Of a stretch of DNA of 64,000 bases, positions 18,825 through 29,104 are shown piece after piece. The DNA lies in NCBI GenBank assembly GCA_019058365.1, contig JAHPZE010000021.1, forward strand, positions 1 to 64,000, read 5' to 3'. Both the position numbers and the translations under genes were made by a program. The notes beneath the pieces are model-generated. The model made no database searches and was not told the DNA's origin. It worked only from the letters and a program-made list of their open reading frames with translations. The DNA is from Promethearchaeota archaeon (GTDB lineage Archaea; Asgardarchaeota; Lokiarchaeia; Sigyniarchaeales; SOKP01). The first letter of the stretch is position 1. Each line of letters begins with the position of its first letter.

Positions 18825-18955
18825 TTTATTTACTTCTCTTTTTTAAGATAATAGTTCTTCTGAATATGAATAATTAATTATATTTTATTAGTAAATTTTA
18901 TTCATCTAAGTAGTGTTAAACAAAAATAAAATCAGATTTTAAATTTATAATTAAA

Positions 18956-19828
18956 ATGATCGATCTTCATCTACATTCATCTGCATCTGACGGTTCAGAT
19001 ACTCCTTCACAATTAATAGAACACGCGCTAAAGTTTAAGCTAAAGGCGATTGCTATTACAGATCATGATACAATAGGAGGAATAGAGGAATTCTTGTCAT
19101 ATGGAGAATTAAAGCAGATCATTGTAATTCCTGGTATAGAAGTTTCAATTAGACATGATCCTTTAAGGGAATTAATAGATGTTCATATTATAGGTTTGAA
19201 TATAGATTATTCTTCTACAAAATTGATCAATTCGATTAATGAACAGATTAAAGGACGATTAGAGCAAAAAAAAGCAATTTGTAGACGATTAAGGGATGAA
19301 TTTGGCTATAATATCTCGTTTGAAGACGTAAAAGCTATTGCTGGAAGCAAGATTATTGGACGCCCTCACATTGTAGAAATGTTAAGAAAAAATAACCCTA
19401 GAAAAGTTGAAGGAAAATCTACAAATGAATTATTCAAACTCATAAGTATTGGTGGCGCTGCTTATGTTAATAGAAAAGTTGAGTTAAACCTTGAAGAATC
19501 TATTGAGTTAATTAAATCTGCTGGCGGAATTCCCATTTTAGCACATCCAGGAATTTATAAAATTTCAGATTGGATAGAATTTATAAAATTTTGTATTGAA
19601 GCAGGGATTGAAGGTATTGAAGTGGAATACACATATGCAAAAAATAGACCCTATTATGAGACAGATAAAGCAGATTGGGCTCAGAATTACTTTCCTGATT
19701 ACTTTCGGAAAATTGCGAATGATTTTAATCTTATTAAATCAGGAGGTTCAGATTATCATGGCGGTAAAAAGCATATTATGATGGGAGAAGCAAAAGTTCC
19801 TGATAGTTATTTAAAGAAATTTATTTAA
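18956..19828 (+). CDS. PHP-domain metal-dependent phosphoesterase (TrpH/YciV-like)
   Basis: DLHLHS..SDG, ITDHDT, GRPH, LAHP, GGSDYHG. Confidence 0.9.
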   Translation: MIDLHLHSSASDGSDTPSQLIEHALKFKLKAIAITDHDTIGGIEEFLSYGELKQIIVIPGIEVSIRHDPLRELIDVHIIGLNIDYSSTKLINSINEQIKGRLEQKKAICRRLRDEFGYNISFEDVKAIAGSKIIGRPHIVEMLRKNNPRKVEGKSTNELFKLISIGGAAYVNRKVELNLEESIELIKSAGGIPILAHPGIYKISDWIEFIKFCIEAGIEGIEVEYTYAKNRPYYETDKADWAQNYFPDYFRKIANDFNLIKSGGSDYHGGKKHIMMGEAKVPDSYLKKFI

Positions 19829-19848
19829 TCTCTATTGCTTTCAATTTC

Positions 19849-20070
19849 TCAGATCTTTTTCTCAATCTTATCAGTCAGAAACCCAAAATAAATAATAGAA
19901 ATTCCATTAACAATGATATAAGTTCGAACAATTAATCCACTTGTATCAAAATAAATATCCAAATCTGGAGCAATTAAAACTTGAGTTGACAGAACTAAAT
20001 AACTATCTATTATAATAATTAATATCAAACTTAGGAATAGTGCTATAGATAGAATCTCGCTCTTTTTCAT
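19849..20070 (-). pseudogene. Truncated MFS transporter (first two TM helices only)
   Basis: TM1-loop-TM2 ending in GFLTDKIEKK, which resembles MFS motif A (GxLxDRxGRR). The stop lies ~20 nt from the convergent PHP gene. Confidence 0.6.
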
Positions 20071-20114
20071 TTTAATAGGCTCTAAGTATAAAAATAATTT
20101 AAATTCTATTGAGC

Positions 20115-22052
20115 CTAATCATTTAAAAGATTCTGCAATTCTTGAATTTGGCCATCAATTTTGTTCATTAATAAATCTATTTTCTCTTTCTTTTCTTGAA
20201 GTTCTTCTGATGTGATTTCCCCAGTGAGTTCCTTCATATCAAGATCTAATAACATCTTAGAAATATCTGCTTTCTTAATTTTCAATTCCAATAACGATTT
20301 TTTTAATTCTTCTATCTGTTTTATATCTAAAACTGTAGGTTTTTGTTCAACTTGGTTAGGAATCGGAGGAGTTATTACTGCTTTGGATTCAAGTGTAATT
20401 TTTGATTTTGGAGGAGTTATTACTGCTTTGGGTTCAAGTGTAGTTTTTAGTGTTGGAGGAGTTTTAGACGGAGTTGGACTTATACTTGTCTTTTTTTCCA
20501 TTAATTTTAACGGCGATACTGATACAAGAGTTTTTGGCTCATCCGCATTTTCTACTAGACTAACCGGAGACATTTTCAATTTATCTTTTGCATCTTTTGG
20601 GACAAAATTTACTGATTTTGGTCTAGATTTTACCATAAAATCTTCTGGATTTAGTGTTAAACCAATTCCCTCTGGTTTTATTTCGGACTCTTTTGGTGGT
20701 TCAATTTCTTTAACCTTTTGAGTATTTACTTCAGTTACTTTTTCTTTATCATATAAAGTTGAAATTTCTGAAGGTCTTTTAATTTTGGGTGGTCCTATTG
20801 GTTTTTGTTCAGTTGGTAATTTTTGGGGAGTATTTAATGATTGCTCTTGGGGAGGTAATTGGGGAGGCAATTTGGGAGGCAATGGGGGCTCTGGTATTGC
20901 TGGAGTTGGAGGAGAATGCGCTTTTTCTAATTCCTTAAGTTTTTTATCCATTGTTGGAGGTTTTTGTTCTACAGGCTCAATAGATGTTGCCGGTGTGGGT
21001 TGTGGAGCGCCCACTGTATCTAACATATCTTTAATTTTTTGTGATTTATCAAAGAATTCTCTACCTAACGAATCATCTCCTAATTCTAAACATAAATCAC
21101 TAATTTTGTCAAATAAAAATGCTGCTTTATTAAAATCAGCGTCTTTAAGGGCTCTTACTGCTTCTTCAGTTAATTTATCTCTCTCAAGCAATGGCTTCAA
21201 GAGAGGTGAGACTTCTGCACTCATTTCTAAAATATCAGCAATTATTTGAATCATTTTATCTCGATTTTTAGGTTCTAATGCAATCATTGAGTATGCTTTT
21301 AATCCAAGTATTTTTTCAATTTGAACGGGATTCAAAGCTTCTTTTAAATCTTGTTTATTCCCTATTACTGCAGATTGAGCGTTAGGTGCTTGTTCTTTTA
21401 TTAATTCTAAAAAATATTTGCTCTTTTCAATGTTTTCTAATGAAGAGTCAGTAATTAAAAGAACCGCATCACTTCCCTTGATAAAATTGTTCCATAAATA
21501 ACTAAATTGCTCTTGTCCAGCGAAATCCCATAAATGAAAGTGTAATTTTCCAATTTTTATAGTGGCAATATCTCCCGTAATGGTTGGTATATGTTGCATG
21601 GGAATTTCATCAGCTTTGATTAATTTCGTGATAGTAGTTTTTCCTACTCCCGAAAAACCTATTAGAGATATTTTAGGTCGTAAATTTCTATGGATTGCAT
21701 CTATTGTAGGATCAAAAACTTCAAATGTTTTTGCATCAAAACGATGCTGTAATATATCTTCAAATAAACTTAAAAATTCAGTTCTACATTTTTCCAATTC
21801 TTTTTTTATATTTTCAAATTTATCAGTCAAACCTGTTACAAATAAAAAAATAAGCTTAGTATCGTTATCTGTGATGTAAGATATTCTAAATTTATAATAA
21901 TCGTGAAATGCTATCTTGGATTCAGTTTTAATCAAAGCTTCATTAATGATATCTTCAACTAGAAGATTTAATACTTCTTGTTTTAGGGCTTTTCCAAAAT
22001 GTCTATAATATAAAAGTTCATTGCTTCTGTACACAAATACCTGTCTTAAAAT
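20115..22052 (-). CDS. Multidomain small GTPase: longin-like N-domain, Arf-like G domain, MIT-like helical bundle, Pro-rich linker and C-terminal coiled coil (ORF track start 22034; possible ATT start 22052)
   Basis: GFSGVGKT, IPTI, LWDFAGQ, LW..F, NKQDL. The N-terminal beta-hairpin/helix pattern (LIFLFVTG..D) is longin-like. Confidence 0.88.
   Translation of the reverse strand: MLRQVFVYRSNELLYYRHFGKALKQEVLNLLVEDIINEALIKTESKIAFHDYYKFRISYITDNDTKLIFLFVTGLTDKFENIKKELEKCRTEFLSLFEDILQHRFDAKTFEVFDPTIDAIHRNLRPKISLIGFSGVGKTTITKLIKADEIPMQHIPTITGDIATIKIGKLHFHLWDFAGQEQFSYLWNNFIKGSDAVLLITDSSLENIEKSKYFLELIKEQAPNAQSAVIGNKQDLKEALNPVQIEKILGLKAYSMIALEPKNRDKMIQIIADILEMSAEVSPLLKPLLERDKLTEEAVRALKDADFNKAAFLFDKISDLCLELGDDSLGREFFDKSQKIKDMLDTVGAPQPTPATSIEPVEQKPPTMDKKLKELEKAHSPPTPAIPEPPLPPKLPPQLPPQEQSLNTPQKLPTEQKPIGPPKIKRPSEISTLYDKEKVTEVNTQKVKEIEPPKESEIKPEGIGLTLNPEDFMVKSRPKSVNFVPKDAKDKLKMSPVSLVENADEPKTLVSVSPLKLMEKKTSISPTPSKTPPTLKTTLEPKAVITPPKSKITLESKAVITPPIPNQVEQKPTVLDIKQIEELKKSLLELKIKKADISKMLLDLDMKELTGEITSEELQEKKEKIDLLMNKIDGQIQELQNLLND
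20365..20448. repeat. Intragenic tandem repeat, period 45 bp (two copies)
   Basis: GGAGGAGTTATTACTGCTTTGG(A/G)TTCAAGTGTA starts at 20365 and at 20410; it encodes K(T/I)TLE(P/S)KAVITPP twice. Confidence 0.9.
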
Positions 22053-22092
22053 AATCGTTCACCATGATTTATAAAATTATACTTAATACAAC

Positions 22093-22587
22093 TTAACTTG
22101 AAATGTGTTTAACTAAATCCTTTATAATTGAATATTTATCTTTTCTAATTTTTTCGTCTTCTAAGGTTTCTTCAATTTTTGAGATTTCTTTTGAAAAGTC
22201 AAAAACTGAAAAACTTTTAACTTCCTCTTCTGTTGTTATATTTACACTCAACTTCTTTAAAAAAACACTAACACTTGGCATAAACTTTGCTAAATTTACA
22301 TTTAAATCTAATTTTGAGATAAGGATTAATTCCTTGCTAAATGTAAACAGATAATTGTACTTTTCTGATTCTAACGCGAAGGAGTTTATCTTATTTAAAC
22401 TTAGTGCATTCGCAATTTCTTTAGAATTGGAAATTAAGGATAATATCCCATGGGGAATAATTCTTCCTTTCGCAAACTCCTTGATTAACGATCCCAATAT
22501 AATTCCATACTTATTTGCTATAGCACATTCAGCATTTAAGTCAGACTTTAATTGAGAGATTATTTCCTCATATTTAACTTGACTCAT
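22093..22587 (-). CDS. Roadblock/LC7-like domain protein
   Basis: Helix, then CAIANKYGIILGS hairpin, helix, three strands and helix: roadblock topology. It lies directly upstream of the GTPase. Confidence 0.65.
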   Translation of the reverse strand: MSQVKYEEIISQLKSDLNAECAIANKYGIILGSLIKEFAKGRIIPHGILSLISNSKEIANALSLNKINSFALESEKYNYLFTFSKELILISKLDLNVNLAKFMPSVSVFLKKLSVNITTEEEVKSFSVFDFSKEISKIEETLEDEKIRKDKYSIIKDLVKHISS

Positions 22588-22700
22588 ATTTAAGGGAAAA
22601 TGTTTTTACATAAATAATGAAAAACTATTTATTTATATTTGTTTAGTTATTAGAAACATAATATTACTAAAATTGTAACAATTTTGCTTATTAATTTGAT

Positions 22701-23486
22701 TTGAAAACTTACAAAACGCGTTTTTTGGAAAAAGAATCTGATATTACAATTATATCTGAATCAAAGAAGGCAATTATACGTGCGAAAAAGAGTTTTTATT
22801 TCCACCGAAAGAATTTAGAGAAATATGTACTAAAAGATAACCAGTTTCTAAATTCTTTTTCTCCACTTAAAATAAATACAAATTTTAAAATCATTAAAAT
22901 TATGGCTGAAGTAGCAGAGATATGTGATGTAGGACCTATGGCTGCGGTAGCTGGGGCGTTGGCAGATTTAATGCTTGAAACAATGAAATCTAAAGATCCT
23001 GATTATATACCTTCCAAAATTGCTTTAGTTGAAAATGGAGGAGAAATTGCAATTGATTCCAAAAAACCAATAACTATCGCATTATATGCAGGCGAAAATG
23101 AATTGAATCTTAATTTAGGTTTTTTAGTTAAAGAAAGCGATTGTCCTCTGGGGATTGGAACAAGCTCCGCAACAGTGGGTCATGCAATTAGCTTAGGACA
23201 AGCCGATGCGGTTACAATCTTTGCAAAAAATGCTGCTCTAGCAGATGCAGCAGCAACAAAAATATGCAATTTAGTTAAAGGAATAGATATTGAGAAATCC
23301 ATAAAAAAGGGATTAGATGCTGTAGATGATATTGACGGGCTCATAGGTGCATTTATATCTAGAGAAAATAAAGTTGGTCAGACAGGAAAACTCCCTCAAC
23401 TAGTAAAGATTGAAGGAGATAAACAAAAAATTTTGAATGAAAAGCAGGACATTGAATTTCCAGGTGACTATGAGATATTTAAATAA
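22701..23486 (+). CDS. UPF0280 family (ApbE-like) protein
   Basis: VGPMAAVAGALAD, VENGGEIA, TSSATVGHAISLGQADAVT, LADAAAT. Confidence 0.9.
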   Translation: MKTYKTRFLEKESDITIISESKKAIIRAKKSFYFHRKNLEKYVLKDNQFLNSFSPLKINTNFKIIKIMAEVAEICDVGPMAAVAGALADLMLETMKSKDPDYIPSKIALVENGGEIAIDSKKPITIALYAGENELNLNLGFLVKESDCPLGIGTSSATVGHAISLGQADAVTIFAKNAALADAAATKICNLVKGIDIEKSIKKGLDAVDDIDGLIGAFISRENKVGQTGKLPQLVKIEGDKQKILNEKQDIEFPGDYEIFK

Positions 23487-25731
23487 CCCAAAATAGAGGA
23501 ACTTCTATACCATTTTCAGTTTTTGATGAACATATTTTATTTAAATAATTTAGAGTATAGTATTCTTCTGTTTCCTCGGGTGTTAAATGGCCAAATAAGT
23601 TAAAACCTTTATCTATTACATAATCGTTTTCAAAAATTAAATAAACATCAGAATTATATTTTTCTTTAAAATATCTTAAAAGATTTATCCCACTTTCATT
23701 TATATGATTTTTAGGTGGAAATAAATCAATTTTACTGGGTAATATATAGATACTCCCATTGTATAGAAGAGCTTCATCTTTATCATAAAAGGGATAATCA
23801 TAGTAATCAATTACATACCCCCACCCAAATTCAGAAAAAATAATATTTTCATTAGAAGTATTATTTGAATACCATTGGAGAGTGCTTACCTCTCTATGTT
23901 TCATATTGAATATCTCAATACTTACAAATTCATTAAAGTAAGTTGTAAATAGTGAAAATGTAATAACTAATAAAATAACCAGTTTAATATGTAAAAATTG
24001 AATTGAATTCAACTTTATAAGCTTGTAAATATATGAGATAAATCCAATAACAATTATAGGAGGGATAAGATATAATATTCTTTCCCAAACCATTATCTTG
24101 ATTAGGAATATGTTAAGAATAAAACCTACTCCTAATAATATAATAAAAAAGGCACCCCAAATAAATAAAACTTTACCTTTAGGCTTTTTTTGAAATATAA
24201 TTAAACCCCAGAATGCAAAAGCACTGAATAATATGATTTCAGAAATGTTTAAAACGTTTATGGTTTCAAAATTAAACCAGATTATATTTACTATTAGCAT
24301 TACAATTGTTAATAAAATTATTATACTAAAAATAAGCGGAATTATTACTTTATCTTCAATTCTCTTATAAATTGGGTTTGTTTTTCCCGTTATTGTTGAT
24401 TTATATCTTCCTTTTGTAAAATTAATAGATTTTTGTATCTTCCAGAAAAGAAATGCTCCTGCTAAGATTCCTGCTATGCCAATTGCTATAATAAAATACC
24501 AGGAGATATTAATTGGAATAAAATGACCAACATAATCTCTCCCTATACCTAAATAATTCAAGATTAATAAAAATCCAAATAACCCAACAACTAAAAAGAA
24601 GTCTATTCCTCGTGTACGATCTTTTAAAAAATAAATAAAGTACAACCATATAAATGAAAATAAGAAAATGGTGGCAGTAATTACGTGAGTAAGAAACGCA
24701 CTTATAAAAATTAATGCAACTAAAGTGTAAGTAAAATAAATATCTTTGAAAATTGTACTCTTCTCTGGACGTTCTAATTGAATTAAATTCTGTATTCTTA
24801 TATATAAAAGGAAAAATACCATTAAACACATGATTAAGGTTAAACCAGAAGGCCAATACTGAATCATCATTATAGAAAATCCTAATGAAGAGAATTCTAA
24901 GATGAAAATGCCAAATAACGTTAAATTTTGATTTTTAAAAATCCTCATAGAGATGTTATAACATATTAAACCTGATAAGAAAATTGTATAAAATAAGAAA
25001 TATCGTGGAATAAGGATATGATCCACACCCGAAAAAAACGTGATAACCGCTTCAATTATGTTTAAACCCATCCCCCCCTCGTAATTTTCAAGGGGTAGAA
25101 AATTAAATTCCGTAATTATTTTACTATTAAAAATGTGTTTCCATGGATCTGTACCTGCAAAATAACTCACCCTTACAACATTTAAAATACATATGAGAAA
25201 TAAAAAAATGATGAGTAATAACCCACTCAAGGGAATTCGATTTTTAATGTATCGATATAATGAAAACTCTCTAACATTTCTATTGTATTCATCTAAAGAT
25301 TTTTCAGATTTAAAAAATCCTATTGTCCCTGCTTTAACTTCGCGGTATATGATATATAAAATAATTAATAAATAACATGTTATTAATAGAATAAAGAAAA
25401 AAAATCCTGTAATGGGGATTCCAAGGAAATTACCTATATATCCTGAAAGAATATAGAAAACTGCATTTAGTACTATTGTTAAACTAAGTTTTTCTAAAAA
25501 ATTTAAATCCTTATTTTTTAGTATTATATAAAAAATCGGATATGAGGGTAAAAATAATAGAATAAAAATTGTACTTAACAAGGTAATGGGTTGAAAAATT
25601 ATTAATGAAAAACCTAATAAATTTAGAAAAACACATAATATAGAAAATACCGATAACAGAAAGAAGATTATATTAATTTTCTCTTTTAAATAAAAAAGAA
25701 CTCTATAGAATTCAAATTTAATATCTTTCAT
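23479..25731 (-). CDS. Polytopic membrane protein, putative GT-C-fold glycosyltransferase (paralog 1)
   Basis: Many TM helices, loop motif GTDPWKH, C-terminal soluble domain LQWYSNNT...IIFSE. Confidence 0.7.
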   Translation of the reverse strand: MKDIKFEFYRVLFYLKEKINIIFFLLSVFSILCVFLNLLGFSLIIFQPITLLSTIFILLFLPSYPIFYIILKNKDLNFLEKLSLTIVLNAVFYILSGYIGNFLGIPITGFFFFILLITCYLLIILYIIYREVKAGTIGFFKSEKSLDEYNRNVREFSLYRYIKNRIPLSGLLLIIFLFLICILNVVRVSYFAGTDPWKHIFNSKIITEFNFLPLENYEGGMGLNIIEAVITFFSGVDHILIPRYFLFYTIFLSGLICYNISMRIFKNQNLTLFGIFILEFSSLGFSIMMIQYWPSGLTLIMCLMVFFLLYIRIQNLIQLERPEKSTIFKDIYFTYTLVALIFISAFLTHVITATIFLFSFIWLYFIYFLKDRTRGIDFFLVVGLFGFLLILNYLGIGRDYVGHFIPINISWYFIIAIGIAGILAGAFLFWKIQKSINFTKGRYKSTITGKTNPIYKRIEDKVIIPLIFSIIILLTIVMLIVNIIWFNFETINVLNISEIILFSAFAFWGLIIFQKKPKGKVLFIWGAFFIILLGVGFILNIFLIKIMVWERILYLIPPIIVIGFISYIYKLIKLNSIQFLHIKLVILLVITFSLFTTYFNEFVSIEIFNMKHREVSTLQWYSNNTSNENIIFSEFGWGYVIDYYDYPFYDKDEALLYNGSIYILPSKIDLFPPKNHINESGINLLRYFKEKYNSDVYLIFENDYVIDKGFNLFGHLTPEETEEYYTLNYLNKICSSKTENGIEVPLFWVI

Positions 25732-25759
25732 AGCTTACCCGGTTTTATTATCTTTATAA

Positions 25760-26722
25760 TTACTCTAAATTTTCAAGCTGCCATTCATAAGTCTTTATTA
25801 ATCCCTCGTCTATATTGACTTTAGGATTAAACAGTAGCACTCTTTGGGCTTTTTCTATTTTGGAATGCGTAACTTGCACATCTCCTCTTTGTTTTTCAAG
25901 ATACTGAACATCTATAGGTTTCTGTGCTATTTCATATATTTTATCAACCAATTGATTTATAGTAATTGGATTAGAGCCTCCCAGATTGAATATCTCACCC
26001 GAAGATTGATTGCTTTCTGCCGCTAAAATTAAGCCGTCAATAATGTCTGATATAAATGTAAAATCTCTAATCTGTTCTCCATCACCAAATATTATTATTG
26101 GTTTATTGTGCAAAACATTATTAATAAATATCCAAATTGCCATATCAGGCCTGCCTCTTGGTCCATAAACTGTATAAAACCTAAGAGAAGTTACTGGCAA
26201 TTCAAACTCTCGAAAATAATAATCTGCGTAATTTTCACAGGATAATTTCGAAACTGCATAGGGAGATATTGGATTTTTTGGATGATTTTCATCAACAGGA
26301 GTATAAAGTGGATTTCCATATACAGAAGACGAGGAACCAAAAACTACCTTTTTAACATTCATATTTAGTGCATTTTCAAAGATATTCACTGTACTGATAA
26401 TATTATTATTTGTAACTTCAGCAGCATTTTTAATAGAATAACGAACTCCCGGTATGGCTGCTAAATGAAAAATAATATCGATATCATAATCAATACTTGT
26501 GAGAATTGAATTATCTACCAAGTCTCCTTTTATTAATTCATAATCTTTATTGGTTTCATAATTTTTTGTGATTTCTGAAACGATTTTTTCATTTTCAGAA
26601 TATGGACTACTAAAATTATCTAAAATTAATGGAAAATTATCATTTTCAATTAATCTTTCAAAAAGATGAGAACCTATGAAACCTGCTCCACCAGTAATTA
26701 ATACATTCTGATTTTTTATCAT
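25760..26722 (-). CDS. NAD-dependent epimerase (UDP-glucuronate 4-epimerase-like)
   Basis: TGGAGFIG, HLAAIPGVRYS, SSSSVYG, YAVSK, RFYTVYGPRGRPDMA. Confidence 0.88.
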   Translation of the reverse strand: MIKNQNVLITGGAGFIGSHLFERLIENDNFPLILDNFSSPYSENEKIVSEITKNYETNKDYELIKGDLVDNSILTSIDYDIDIIFHLAAIPGVRYSIKNAAEVTNNNIISTVNIFENALNMNVKKVVFGSSSSVYGNPLYTPVDENHPKNPISPYAVSKLSCENYADYYFREFELPVTSLRFYTVYGPRGRPDMAIWIFINNVLHNKPIIIFGDGEQIRDFTFISDIIDGLILAAESNQSSGEIFNLGGSNPITINQLVDKIYEIAQKPIDVQYLEKQRGDVQVTHSKIEKAQRVLLFNPKVNIDEGLIKTYEWQLENLE

Positions 26723-26856
26723 TAAAATTTGATTAATTTTTTTTAAATTAGTTAAAAATTGTACTAATTAAAAGTTTATTCTCAATTGATTTATTCTTCA
26801 TAATTTAGAATTTAATGTAAGAAAAAGATAAAATGCTTTAAAAACTATTGAATTTC

Positions 26857-27828
26857 TCAATTTACGTTTAGATCTACGTTATAGTTTTTCCGATACCATA
26901 AGAAGTAATCTCGAAGACCATCTTCTTGATTAAATTTTGCTTCAAAACCAATTAATTTTTTTGCTTTTGACATATCTCCATAACTATGTAGTATATCACC
27001 AGGTCTCGGATCAGTATATTCAATTTTAAGATTTTCCTTATTAGTTAGTTTTAACATAAGTTTTGCGAGATTTGTCATTGTAATTGGAGATCCGCATGCA
27101 ATATTCAAGATTTCACCACCTATATCATGTTCTGCTGCCAATAAGTTTGCTTGAACAACATCCTTAACATAAGTAAAATCTCTTATATTTTCACCATCTC
27201 CAAATATAATCAAATCTTCATTTCTAATAATTCTACCTATCCATATTGCAATTACTCCACTATAAGGAGAATCTCTTTGCCTTGGACCATAAATATTAAA
27301 ATACCTTAAACATGAGCCATTCAATCCATAAACATGATGATATGATTGGATATATGCTTCACAAGCTAGCTTTGATACCCCATAAGGTGATAATGGTAAT
27401 CTCCGCATATCTTCTCTTTTAGGTAAAGTGGGAGAATCGCCATACACAGAAGCACTTGAAGCAAATATAATCTTTTGGATATCTTTTTTTCTAGCTGCGT
27501 TTAATAAATTTAGAATACCATTTACATTAAAATCATTACACGAGGATGGCATTTTTACTGATTGAGGTACGCTAACAAAGGAAGCTTCATGATAGATAAT
27601 ATCGATATCCTTAAATATATCTAAAAGAAAGTTAAGATCTCTTACATCCCCCTTAATAAATTCAAAATTCTTATTCTTTAACGCATCTTCCAAATTATCT
27701 AATCTTCCACTAAAAAGATTATCAATACCAATTACCTCAGCTCCTAATTCGAGTAATTTATCAGTTAGATTACTGCCGATAAACCCAGCAGCACCAGTAA
27801 CAACAATTCGCTTCCCCTTAAAAGACAT
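26857..27828 (-). CDS. NAD-dependent epimerase (WbpP/TviC-like UDP-HexNAc 4-epimerase)
   Basis: TGAAGFIG, SVPQS, YGVSK, LRYFNIYGPRQ..SPYSGVI, RPGDI.HS. Confidence 0.88.
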   Translation of the reverse strand: MSFKGKRIVVTGAAGFIGSNLTDKLLELGAEVIGIDNLFSGRLDNLEDALKNKNFEFIKGDVRDLNFLLDIFKDIDIIYHEASFVSVPQSVKMPSSCNDFNVNGILNLLNAARKKDIQKIIFASSASVYGDSPTLPKREDMRRLPLSPYGVSKLACEAYIQSYHHVYGLNGSCLRYFNIYGPRQRDSPYSGVIAIWIGRIIRNEDLIIFGDGENIRDFTYVKDVVQANLLAAEHDIGGEILNIACGSPITMTNLAKLMLKLTNKENLKIEYTDPRPGDILHSYGDMSKAKKLIGFEAKFNQEDGLRDYFLWYRKNYNVDLNVN

Positions 27829-27859
27829 ACTGATACCATTCTTTTTTTAATTATAAAGT

Positions 27860-28954
27860 TTATAATACTTTGTTTTTAATTATTTCTACTATTCTTTGAG
27901 ATGTTTTCCCATCCCACTTCTCTATCTCTTGTCCTTTCTTATATGAATCTGATAAAATCTTATCTACATACATTTTTAATTTATTAAAATCATTTCCAAT
28001 TAAGGTATTAGTCCCTTTTTCAATTGTTATGGGTCTCTCCGTATTTTGTCGTAATGTCAGAATAGGAATTTTAAGATAAGAGGCTTCTTCTTGAATTCCG
28101 CCAGAATCTGTTAAAATAAATTTAGCGTTCATCATCAAATTTAAGAATTCCAAGTAACCTAATGGTTCTGTAAGAATTATATTTGGTTTTTTGAGTTGTT
28201 CGTCTAGATTAAAATTTTTCAGATTTTTTTGAGTTCTTGGATGTATAGGAAAGATAATTTTAATTTTGGATTGGATATAATTTAAAGTTTTTATAACTCT
28301 TTCGAGATCTTTCTTAGTATCTACATTTGAAGCTCTATGAATAGTAATTAATCCATAAGAATCACGGATTAATCCTAATCCTTTATAATAATTGTTTTCT
28401 CGAGCTAGCTTTGAGTTTGTAAGTAAATTGTCGATCATTATATTTCCAACGAAAAATATTTTACTAGAATCAATACCTTCATTTTTTAAATTAAATAAAC
28501 CACTCTCTTCAGTTACAAATAAATAATCTGCCAAATGATCTGTTAATTTTCGGTTTATTTCTTCAGGCATTTTTTTATCAAAACTTCTTAATCCTGCTTC
28601 AACATGAGCTACTTCTATAAGTAATTTTTTAGCAACTAAGGCACAGGCTATAGTTGAATTAACATCTCCAACTACGATAATTAATTTCGGTTTTTCTTTT
28701 AAAATCACCTTCTCAAACTCAATCATGATTTTTGCTGTTTGAAAGGCATGGGACCCTGACCCAACATTAAGAAAATAATCTGGTTTCGATATTCCTAAAT
28801 TATCAAAAAAGATTTTTGACATGTTATAGTCATAATGTTGCCCAGTATGAATTAACTTAAATTTAATTTTTTGTCTTTCCAATTCCCTTATCAAAGGAGC
28901 GATTTTCATAAAATTTGGTCTTGCTCCCCCGATAATAAATATATTGCTATTCAT
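27860..28954 (-). CDS. wecB: UDP-N-acetylglucosamine 2-epimerase (non-hydrolysing)
   Basis: GARPNFMK, HTGQHYD, HVEAGLRS, MPEEINR, TDSGGIQEE, NTERP. Confidence 0.93.
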   Translation of the reverse strand: MNSNIFIIGGARPNFMKIAPLIRELERQKIKFKLIHTGQHYDYNMSKIFFDNLGISKPDYFLNVGSGSHAFQTAKIMIEFEKVILKEKPKLIIVVGDVNSTIACALVAKKLLIEVAHVEAGLRSFDKKMPEEINRKLTDHLADYLFVTEESGLFNLKNEGIDSSKIFFVGNIMIDNLLTNSKLARENNYYKGLGLIRDSYGLITIHRASNVDTKKDLERVIKTLNYIQSKIKIIFPIHPRTQKNLKNFNLDEQLKKPNIILTEPLGYLEFLNLMMNAKFILTDSGGIQEEASYLKIPILTLRQNTERPITIEKGTNTLIGNDFNKLKMYVDKILSDSYKKGQEIEKWDGKTSQRIVEIIKNKVL

Positions 28955-29104
28955 TTTTTAACTTAAATGAAAATTTAATCAATAAATTTTATAGTTAATA
29001 ATAATTGGGTTATTATATCTTTTTTTATTCCACAAATTCTCTTTAAATGATATGGAATAAGGAGAAATAAATAAGAATACGATAAATTTAGTGGAAATTA
29101 CAAT

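Noticed and set aside
19825-19851. TGA of the MFS stump as a possible selenocysteine codon
   Set aside because: Readthrough gives only 7 more residues, there is no redox motif and no SECIS was recognised.
20212-22555. Gly-rich and other plus-strand ORFs opposite the GTPase and roadblock genes
   Set aside because: Antisense mirror of the Pro-rich region and of the real genes.
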